This document shows positions 1 through 10,000 of a stretch of 20,000 nucleotides of DNA, one piece after another. The stretch is from assembly GCA_905331295.1 (NCBI GenBank), contig CAJNYD010000375.1:58599-78598 (forward strand), in the 5' to 3' direction. The position numbers were made by a program, and so were the translations under genes. The notes under the pieces are model-generated. The model was not told the origin of the DNA. It did no database searches and saw nothing but the letters and a program-made list of their open reading frames with translations. The DNA is from Rotaria socialis. Taxonomy: Eukaryota. Each line of letters begins with the position of its first letter. Position 1 is the stretch's first letter.

Positions 1-7
1 AACAAAC

Positions 8-419
8 ATAGATGAGCCAACGTGCATAACGATCGCGTAAATTAGCCAAAACTGAGCCATCGTTTAAATAGGTTAAATCAGCCATATCATCAGTGCATGA
101 ATACTTTGGTGGATTCATCTGTTGAACATTATCTTTTTTTACTGTAACAGTCTAGAGAAAAACAAAATCATGGATAACCGTTCAATTAATGTAAACTAAA
201 AATATTTACCTCTCCCTTGGCAGTTTTTATTGTTACATCATCACCTTTTGTACTCACAATTTCACCAGCAACATAAGACTCTTTTGCATCAGGTGCCCAA
301 CATGCTTTTTTACCATCGAATGGTTGAGCCTGAAGTTTGATTTTTTCTTCTGGTGGGAGAACCAGAAATTTCATTGCTTCTACCACCTCCGGATCATGAT
401 GATCATAAGTTGAGGACAT
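8..419 (-). CDS. Mhc: Myosin heavy chain, class II (muscle-type), first two coding exons; the gene continues off the left edge
   Basis: Exon 419-210 ([19 protein letters not shown]...[41 protein letters not shown]), GT-AG intron 209-152, exon 151-8 ([48 protein letters not shown]), then a GT donor at 7-6. This is the myosin N-terminal SH3-like domain plus the NPPK...[10 protein letters not shown] start of the motor domain. Confidence 0.96.
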
Positions 420-578
420 TGTCTGAATTTCTTTGAATAATCGTTAATATACCAGATTATTCAATTTGATCAATGAAGATTTTTCTCGTTGTTAATATTC
501 AAGAATGAAGCGCACTGAATTGCGTCCCAGAAATGATTGTGCTACTAGTATAACAAACAGTAATATACTCTCGATATT

Positions 579-607
579 AAGAGAGAGAGAGAGAGAGAGA
601 GAGAGAT
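579..607. repeat. (GA)n microsatellite upstream of the myosin start codon
   Basis: About 14 tandem AG units read directly, with a short further GA run near 612-618. Confidence 0.9.
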
Positions 608-1672
608 AATAAGAGAGAAAATATTCTCGCCAAAAAAAACCTAGCCCTCACTAAACAACACTGATAGAGCATATAATAATCACTCTCTCCAAAAAAAGCC
701 ACAGAATTTCTTTGTTCCAATACCATAGCACAATTGAAGATCGGAAGAATGGTAGAGATTTCTTATTTATTTAATCCAATAATATATTAGTAGAACAAAA
801 AAATCTCCTGAATGTGAGATGTTTTTTTCTGGAATAGTTTTTCCTCTTTCTGCTATATAATCCATAGTGCAGTCGTGATTATAAATATCCTGTATTAAGC
901 CATGTACAAATTAAGAATATATGACAAAAATAGATTTATAGAAGCTACACAAAGCATCTTCTTTCGTATATCCAAAAAAATAGTTATGTGTCGTGAGCTA
1001 GTCAGATTTGATTCTTGGTTCTGTTGTTACTTTCTTACTTGCGCTATTTCATTTCTGATTGATATCATTTTGGATTTACCGATTAAGAGTGAATAATGTA
1101 TAATAATAAACATCATACAAGAATGAATATAGTATCAATACTTAATATTAAGAAAAACAAAAGATTGATTAATCAATATTCAAGATATTTTTAAGCATAA
1201 CATAACGATAAACTGGAGAAACAAGACACTGAAACCAATAATATAGTATAACGAATCGAAAGAATATCATGAAACAATTATTTTAGCTCTTTTTATCCAC
1301 TGAAGTAATGAAATGAAGTTCATCTTATACTATTGAATAATAAAAAGATCTTCAAGTTTTCTAAGTAAACAAATTTTCATTTATTGCAGTCGTATATTTC
1401 ATCTTGGATACTCTCTTTCGTTCTTATACGTTTTTATTTTGTTAATATCTGCTTGAAGAATTCAAAATGTAGCAATTCACAGATTTTCTTTTGAGGATGC
1501 TTACATCTATATTCACAACTCGGTTTTATTACAGGTTCCTACATCAACGAGAATGATCTCAAGGTTGCAGTCAAGAAAGTAGGAGGAAAAAAGAGTGGTG
1601 AGTAGAGCTAATAATGTGAAGGCGATATAATCACAAAAAGATAGGAGAAACAAGCAAGACAAAGAATTCTAC

Positions 1673-1693
1673 ATATATATATATATATATATA
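1673..1693. repeat. (AT)n microsatellite
   Basis: About 10 tandem AT units read directly. Confidence 0.85.
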
Positions 1694-2978
1694 ATTATAC
1701 ACTGATATTTAATTGCTTACTGAGAAACCTTGACTCAACATATGAAGAGCAAATGAGCCTCGATTTCATGACAAACTATCGAATATGTATTCCATCAGTG
1801 GATCACTTTTTGAAGCGTAGAATTTCAATGAAAAACAAAATATTCATTGACATTTTTCAGAAGAACGAAAACTAATATGATGTAGATTCAAGCATAGAGA
1901 GTATAATCATTTTACTCGATAAATAATAGTATTTTTTAATCTTATGATCTACATATATGCATACATATCTACAAATTTCTAATTAGTTTGATTTAACACG
2001 GCAAAATAAATTCATTCGTAGCAGATACTATTGGCATTATCATTAGATCCATTGTTTTTTAAAGAAGAGATGAGATAATTGAATCTCGCCAGTCTCCTGA
2101 AGGACTAGATACGATCTCACACATGATCATTCTATTTACTTGTCAGTTTACGCCGAGAATCAGCTAATGAATCTATTTCAAATACATCTGTTTCGTCTCA
2201 TGTGAAAACACAGAGACAACGATAATTCTATTTAATTAACACAAGAAGATGATTGTCGCATGTGAAAAACAAAGATATATCCGATGGAACAGATTAATGT
2301 ATTATCGCGTTGGTAAACGACAAATACATTTTGATATGCACAATTTGATTTTATAGAAATTCTGCCAAACAATGACAACGATACTTATTACTAAATAGAA
2401 AAAAAACTTCGAAATAAAGGGACAATGCAGAGAATAATGAGACATTTCAAAAATAAACCTGCTAGTCAATCTTATTTTAAAATCTTACACGTCATTAGAA
2501 GAGTGCAGTTAGCATACGTATTTTTGTGTACTGTTTCTTGCCATTGAATGGATTCCACGTTATTTTTTTATAATAATAAGCGAGTTTTTTTGAGATTTTA
2601 TTTTTCAATATCGACTCTTGCTCTATAGTGCGAATAATGGAACTTCTGAAATCAATTTTCATACAATCATTCGTGCTTACAATGACTCTCCATATTAACA
2701 AAGTTAAAGTTATATTATCGTTTAGAAAACGAAGAATATCAACAACGACAGTATTTTTTTTTGTTTTTATAAATGATGTAACAGACATATCTTCAACACA
2801 ATTCGAATAGACATGATTTATTATAGTACTTTCCGATCTCTATTTTTAATTTTGCTTGCTGTAAATTAATAAACAGGTACATAGACAAAAACAATGTACA
2901 AAAAGAATCCACGCACATATATGTAAATAGATCTTAACAGCATCAATAAATATAAACACCGGAAAATAATGACAAATT

Positions 2979-5329
2979 TTAGTCCCAAAGTTTGACGACA
3001 TTATCCCATCCAGCTGTAAGAACCCTTGACTTTTCATGCCAATGCCATTTAGCATCAATGCATACATCATCATGAGCTTTAATTTGTTCAAAAATACGTG
3101 TTGTTTTCCAATCCCAAATAATTAGACGTCCATCTGCATCACCACTAATCAAATAAGACATATCTGGTGAAAAATCTAAGCCACATGCGTAACCAGATAC
3201 CTACATATCAATATAAAATATCAGTGTATTTGATTAAAAACTCAATGATTTCTTACCATATGTCCTTTGAATATTTTTTTGCTCTTCCATCGAAAATTAG
3301 CCAATGGTTCCATAATTCGAATTTGATTATCCATAGATTGAAACGCTAAATATTTACCTAAAATAAAAGCTTTTAAAATTAAGCATCATATATTAGCGAA
3401 AAGCAAACAAACCATTTCGTGATTGAGCAACAGCTGGCATTGAATGCATTGTTGGATCAGCAATATATTTAAAATCAACCGGAATATTCCTAAATAGAGT
3501 TTTAAAAACAAAATATAAATTCACTAGGTTCAATATTGTGATTTTTACCATTCCCAAACACGTATACTTTTGTCATCGGACGTTGAAACGATTCGACGAT
3601 TTCGATCAACAAATGTAACTGTATTTATAGCACCCAAATGGCGATCATACTCTTGTACAACATGACCACTTCGAATGTCAAACTATATATGGAAAATCAT
3701 CAATACATGATACATGAAAATTTAACAAAATCATGAAAGCTTACACAAAGAATTTTCTTGTCCGACATACCACATATAAATAAATGTTGTTTATGTTCAC
3801 TTGGATTAAATGATATGCAATATGGTATTTTACGCATTGGAAATTTACTTTTTACTTGACCTATTGTATTAAAATTCTGATGAAAATGTTTACTGAGAGA
3901 AAAATCAAGTTTGTACCTGTTTCTGTATCCCATAGTTTAACAGTTTTATCATATGATGCTGATAAAAATTCTGTGCCTGCATTATTAAAACTAACATCTC
4001 GCACGGCTTGACTATGTCCAGAAAATGTTCGAATACAACGACGTTCATTATAGAATTCCCATAACTAAATCAAGATAAAAACAAAATATTGTTTCATTTT
4101 AGACAATTGTTAGACTTACTTTGACTTTGCAATCCATTGAACAAGTTAGAAATAGATGAGCAGAAACAGGAAAATAATGAATCTTTTGTACAGCTTTTGT
4201 ATGTCCCTTGTATATATGTATACATTGTTTTGGAATAAAACATCGTTGGGGTCCATGATCTGAACGTAGATTAACACCAACATCTTGTGGTATATGAAGA
4301 TATGATCGACCTTGATAATCATATGGGTCTTTAATGTGTAATGTTGATGATGATGGATCTTCTGCTTCTTTATTTAATGTTGTTGATTCAGGATCGCGAG
4401 CAGATATTGGAGCATGTTGATCTTCTAAATTACGTCGTTTTATCTTCTTTCTTTTAGCTAGATGTTCATCGATTTCCTTTTGCTCTTCCTTAAATAAAAA
4501 ACATGATAGACATTCAAAAAAAATCAAGTAAACAAAAGTGCAACGAATGGTACCTCCGATGGACGTGATACAGTGATTTCATCAACATATGGAGCCCATG
4601 GGCCTTGATAACGGTCAACATCACTTGAATCATTGTTCTTTTCTTTTTTTCTTTTTTCATTCAAAAGTTTTCGACTGGTTTCAAATATAGTTTTGCCTTG
4701 ATTTATTTCAGCACTAACTTGATCACCAATAATCTGCTGTGTTGGATGTTCTCCAACGCTGGGATCAGCTGCATAACCAAAACTATCAAATGTTCGCCGT
4801 TGATTTTCAAATTGAAAATCACTCAAAGTAGTTGATTCAACATGACCATTAATTGTATTTCTATGGCTACTTTGCTGTTGTGTTAAATTGGGATTCGATG
4901 GGCCAAACTAAAATTAGTTTAGTAGTAATTTCTTCATTTTTGTTTTCATGAAAAACTATTCTACTTACTACTGGTGCATACATATCTTCATATTTAGGAT
5001 TGTATTGGACTTCTCTTGTTCTAATATCTAGAAAACTGCTTGTATCTTCTGGCTAGAAATGCAAAAGGACAAATGTGTTATGATTTCATATAATCCTAGA
5101 AGGATAGTCTGATCTGTTATATATATGTATATTTTTTTTTTCCTGCTATTCTTACTCGGACAGCAATAGCTGGTGTCAAATTAAGTTTAATTTTTGACAT
5201 GACAGAAAATGTTGGATCATTAATAACAGCCATTCGATCATTTATTTCTTCTTCTGCAATAGTTTTCTCATCGTGTTTGCCATCATCATCATCATCATCA
5301 TACAATGCTTGAATTGCTGCAAGAGCCAT
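2979..5329 (-). CDS. CDC40: Pre-mRNA-processing factor 17 (CDC40/PRP17), WD40 second-step splicing factor, 592 aa
   Basis: Ten exons: 5329-5156, 5052-4969, 4907-4554, 4488-4120, 4064-3917, 3860-3745, 3682-3549, 3489-3413, 3357-3257, 3200-2979. All introns are GT-AG and the joined 1779 nt is open. Hallmark peptides: [136 protein letters not shown]. Confidence 0.97.
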
Positions 5330-5606
5330 CTAGAAAAGTCAAAAAAAGTAAGAAAACATTCAAATAAATACACTTTTAATTGACTGATCTATATGTTAAA
5401 AAAAAAAAGTTATACAATGATGATGAACATGAAAAAAAAGCGAAACAAAAAACTTCATTCTTCGAATTGTTGCTATTCTGGAGAAAGAAAGGACACAGTG
5501 TAAATATACAAAAGGGGAAAAAAGAGAAAATAAACGTTAATTATGTACAAGAATATAAATAAATAGAGATCAGTTTTTTCTCTACAGCATAGATATTGAT
5601 CTTCTT

Positions 5607-6500
5607 TTACGTCAAAATACAATATGGCATTAGTGTTGTTGAGCTTACATTCTCTCGACATAGAGGACATCGAGATGAGGTAGCTAATAATTGACGAGTA
5701 CATAATGTACACATAACATGACGACATCGAGTAATTATTAAATAAACACCTGTACGTTGTAAATGATTTAGCGTTTCTAGACAAATTGGACATTGTTGTA
5801 CATCAATAGATAATTTACGCTCACATGAATTTGGTGAACAAGAAATTGAAATAAATTCATCTTCTGTCAGATCTATCAATTCATTATCACTAATATTATC
5901 ATCAACATCGGTAAGAATTTCAAGAGATTCAGGACAATCGTCATTAGTTACTTGTTGTTCGTATTCTTCTTCGTGTGCTAATGAAAGTTCAACATTAACC
6001 TCTCCTTCAACAATCTCCACATCTTCAATATCAAATGAAGCAATGGACATATTAATTATGGAGGATACTGATGAAGGTATATCATGAGTAACATCGCTGC
6101 GTTGATCATCATCCGAATTAGAAACAATAATTACTTGATTATCATTTTGGTCAACAAAAATATTAAAACTTTCCTGTTCAATTTCGATAATATCATCATC
6201 ACTATTATGTTCATTTTCACTAAAATATTCAGATAAAACAGTAAATAAATTGATTTCAGTTCCAAGATAGATCTCCAACCTGGCGAGATTAAAAGTCACT
6301 GGTGAAGCTATAGGATCATCAATAATTATTTCTTCTTCTGCATCGTCGGCTTCTATATGAGTGTCATTATTTAGTGGTAAAATTGGCGAAGAAATAAAAA
6401 TACGATGACGTTTCGGTGTTGGTCCAAATTCATCTAAAGAGATTTGCGAATTTGATAAAGATGACGATGAAGGTGGCGACGAATCAAAATGTCGTTTCAT
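5607..6500 (-). CDS. RNF4: RNF4-like SUMO-targeted E3 ubiquitin ligase (multiple SIMs plus C-terminal C3HC4 RING), 297 aa, intronless CDS
   Basis: N-terminal basic patch PTPKRHR; acidic region with SIM-type motifs EEIIIDD, DDIIEIE, QVIIVSNSDDD, EDVEIVE and ELIDLTEDE; terminal RING CPICLETL...IITRCRHVMCTLCTRQLLATSSRCPLCR ending a few residues before the stop. This is the RNF4/Slx8 architecture. Orthology is inferred from architecture only. Confidence 0.75.
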   Translation of the reverse strand: MKRHFDSSPPSSSSLSNSQISLDEFGPTPKRHRIFISSPILPLNNDTHIEADDAEEEIIIDDPIASPVTFNLARLEIYLGTEINLFTVLSEYFSENEHNSDDDIIEIEQESFNIFVDQNDNQVIIVSNSDDDQRSDVTHDIPSSVSSIINMSIASFDIEDVEIVEGEVNVELSLAHEEEYEQQVTNDDCPESLEILTDVDDNISDNELIDLTEDEFISISCSPNSCERKLSIDVQQCPICLETLNHLQRTGVYLIITRCRHVMCTLCTRQLLATSSRCPLCRENVSSTTLMPYCILT

Positions 6501-7088
6501 TTCCTTTAATCAAAGCATTGCTATCTAAAGAAAAAATGCATGAAATAATAACCAAGATAATCTATTTACTACAATTATAGAAGATGAAAGAAACAAACGG
6601 AAAATAAATTGATGAAATAACTCTCGAACGCAACGACATTTCATATGTAATGATTCAAGTTTTATTTATTTTTTCTGAATGGTTAGGGATACATGTATAA
6701 CGCGAAATGCATGGAGAAAAAACAATAGATGTCACTGAAATTATAGAATTTATTAATCAAGTTATTATTTGATAAAAAGAAATCTTTTAGATAAAAATTG
6801 ATCTTAAAAATCAAACTATCTCTTTATTTTCTCTTTGAAGCTATTTCAGAAAAAAAGAACTGAACATTATCTATGATTGGGTATGAGTCAGTGGGTAGGA
6901 TTATTTTTCATTATGTCATGTCAAGTAATTTCAATTTCATTTAAATGATGACTTACAACGAAGTATATGATATGCCTGATGATCTTTTCCTCTAATATAA
7001 CTTCGGATGATTTTTACACAAGCACATTTTATTCATTGACTGTAATAAACCAAATCAAATTGTTTAATTATAGATTATTACTGCAAAA
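6501..7088. promoter_or_regulatory. Probable compact bidirectional promoter and 5'UTR region between the RNF4-like gene and NXF1
   Basis: Divergent start codons at 6500 (-) and 7089 (+), or 6945 (+). Candidate 5' introns on both sides: minus strand GT 6569 to AG 6525, plus strand GT 6963 to AG 7073. Confidence 0.55.
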
Positions 7089-10000
7089 ATGTGCAATCGA
7101 AATAATTTTACTCATCGTGGTGGTGGTAAAAACTATAGTGATCCAATATCATCTCGATATTATTCAAAATATAATCAACGTGGTGGTCGAAAGAATTATT
7201 GTCCAGAGCCAAAGCGTCCTGTAACTTATGGAGATGACGTTGATACACTTATGACAACGTTGAATCATACTCTTACAACGAATTCAAATTCAACTGAAGA
7301 ATTCTCATCAACTCTACAACCTCAAAAGTTTCGCCCCACTCGTCCCACTCGTCTCACTCGTCGAGATAATCAACAAAAGCGATTCCAAATAAATCAAACA
7401 GGATGGTGGCGTGTGTCAATTCAACAAGCTGGTGCAATCGGCAAAGATCGTGTTATGTCAACACTTAAAGCACATTGTCCTCGCCAATTTCAAGCCTATC
7501 ATGTAAAGAATTATCTGATATGTAATATTTAACTATTTATTTTATTGATTATTTTTCTAGTATTTCATTGATCATCATACAAAAGCAGGTGTTTTCTTCG
7601 TCAATAGTCAACATGATGCTAATATGATTAAACGTACTAATGGGGAAATTGAAGTTCAAGGCTTAGATATAGTAAATAACACAAACAAAATCAAAACAAT
7701 GATTTAATTATTGTTTTTTAATTTTCTACAGCTTCGTATTATGGTGGGTCGAGTTTCGACACCAATACCGTCATTGGATGAAGATTTAAGACCACATTTT
7801 AAAGTAAACAAGTCGAAAAAGTAATCACATCTTTTTCATTATGTGTACGATTTTCAGGATTATTTACTTCGTCGCCGATTTAATCAACAAACATTTCAAT
7901 TAGATTTATCAAATTTAGCTGATGATGAAGGTAACATCAATACTTGACATTAATTTTAGTATTCAAATTTTACATATTTAGAATTGAGTTCTTTGGGTAT
8001 TTTCCCTCAATTCAATAAGCATGCATTCATACGTGATGTTATTGCTATCATTAATAAAGACATTCCTATGGTCAGTACTAGTAGTATTTGATTTATTTAT
8101 AACTTTGAGTTGTATTTAGACGCGACAATTAGATTTTGGCTCAAATAATATTATGAATTTATATGAATTTCGGAATCTTCATCTCAATCAATTAATGCAA
8201 CTAAGTTTTGCTTCAAATCAAGTTTGTGACTAAAAAAATAAATGCAGTTTTTCATTATTTACTTTTTTCAGTTAAAAAATGTTGAAGATTTTGATAATTT
8301 GAAGCACTTACGTCAATTAACTCACATTTTTATTAAAAATAATCCATTAACTTCACCCAATAATACACGCAGTTATTCAATGGATGATATAATCAGGTCA
8401 GATCGATAATCTTTTTTCTTTTGTCTTCATGGACATTCAAAAACAGAGAGACAAAATTAAGTATTTTCTTAAATCGAAATTTTTACTTTCTATTATTTAT
8501 CTTTTGTTCTCAACATATCATTCGATTTCACTTGAATACAAAAAAAATAGAATATTCATCCCATTGAGTTCAATTTAACAAAAAAAATCAAAAGAAACGA
8601 AAATACACATTAACATAATCGAGATCGTTTAATTACATTAAGTGAAAGAATGTGAGAGTGTTTTGTACGTCGAACATTGATTCAAGTATGAATGTGACAA
8701 AAGAAAACAAAGATATCATTGTAAAAATTCTAATTTTTTTTTTATTGTTAATGATATTGAAGTTTTTTGTACCTCGAAAAAACAAAAATATTCTTTTCCA
8801 ATCCATCGACCAACAACCTAAAATCAATTTATTTTATACTTCAATCAAATAGATATCACATTCAATGTCTAAATATGTCAAAATAATGACAATTATAAAT
8901 TAATCATAAATGATTAATAATTAATCCTTTAGGATTTATTATACAATCAATATCAATCTGTATGGTTGATAGAATTTCATTCTATTGGTTATATTATCGA
9001 ATGTTTGACATTCGAATATCGAAAAATGAAAAAAAATAATAAACAAGACTTCGGTGAATAAATATTCATAACATAATGTACTTGAACAACTGAACAACAG
9101 CGAATGAACATGATTTGATTATTGTTTTCTATTTATAACAAGAGAATTTATTATTGTAAAATGTAACAAACGATCTCGATAATGATTAGAATTGTTTAAA
9201 TATAATAAATCGATGAATTTTATATTGGATTACATGTGAATAAGAATGATGTATAGAGAAGTAAAAGATTTCAAATATAAAAGAATTCGATTTAAAATCG
9301 CCAGAAAAATCAAAACCATAAGGCGAAGGACTATTTTGTTGCTGTTGCTTGGGTGTCTATATTTTCAACTTTATTCTGCAATAAATATCGATCAATTTTG
9401 GTCCATCTAATCCCATTCTAGTAATATACAGCAAAAATTACCACAACTCAAACGCATCGTATGTTTTGTATCCTGTTGAATAATGGATTAATAAATATTA
9501 TTTTTCTTTTTAAAGGATGATATTGATCTTGCACCAACTATTCGTTTTGCGACTGATATTGATACAATTGCATTGCCAAAAACGTTGCCCTATTGTGTAC
9601 CAAATGAAATGCAAGGATTTTTAGCAAGATTCATTGAAGAATTCTATCGACTATTTGATACACGTGGTCGTAGCGAATTGCATGCATGTTATCATGATTT
9701 ATGCATGTTTTCATTATGTATTACCAAATATGAAGATTCACATGTTCCAACACGACAATTTAAATATGGCGGTGGATTAATATCTGATTCAAGAAATCTA
9801 CTAATGGTTAATGATAATAATAAACGTATTAATCTATTACGACACGGTAAAACAGCTGTATTGGAGTATTTCACAACGAAATTTCCCTATACTAAACATG
9901 ATGGAAATTCATTTCATGTTGATGTCATTACAACCGCAGTAATTAATAGATGAATTATTTTTATTGAATATTATATGTTTTTTAATTTAGAATAATCGAG

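Noticed and set aside
500..900. CArG or MEF2 sites in the myosin proximal promoter, and an Inr-like TCAGT at 518-514 on the minus strand
   Set aside because: No exact CC(A/T)6GG or MEF2 consensus seen, and the Inr-like motif lacks a convincing TATA box.
902..2810. ORFs 902-1096, 2495-2788 and 2628-2810
   Set aside because: Short, no domain motifs, composition typical of random AT-rich intergenic DNA, and no consistent exon chain.
2846..5793. ORFs 2846-3091, 3167-3349, 5380-5562 and 5473-5793
   Set aside because: Alternative-frame or antisense shadows of CDC40 and RNF4-like exons or UTR.
8633..8852. Two short ORFs (8633-8827 minus, 8652-8852 plus) inside the NXF1 long intron
   Set aside because: Low-complexity K/I/F/N translations of AT-rich DNA with no recognisable motif. 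The region is better explained as structured intronic RNA.
8429..9406. ATGGAC 8429-8434 complementary to GTCCAT 9401-9406
   Set aside because: Only 6 bp and it crosses the 8401/9393 stem, so it was not counted in the nested structure.
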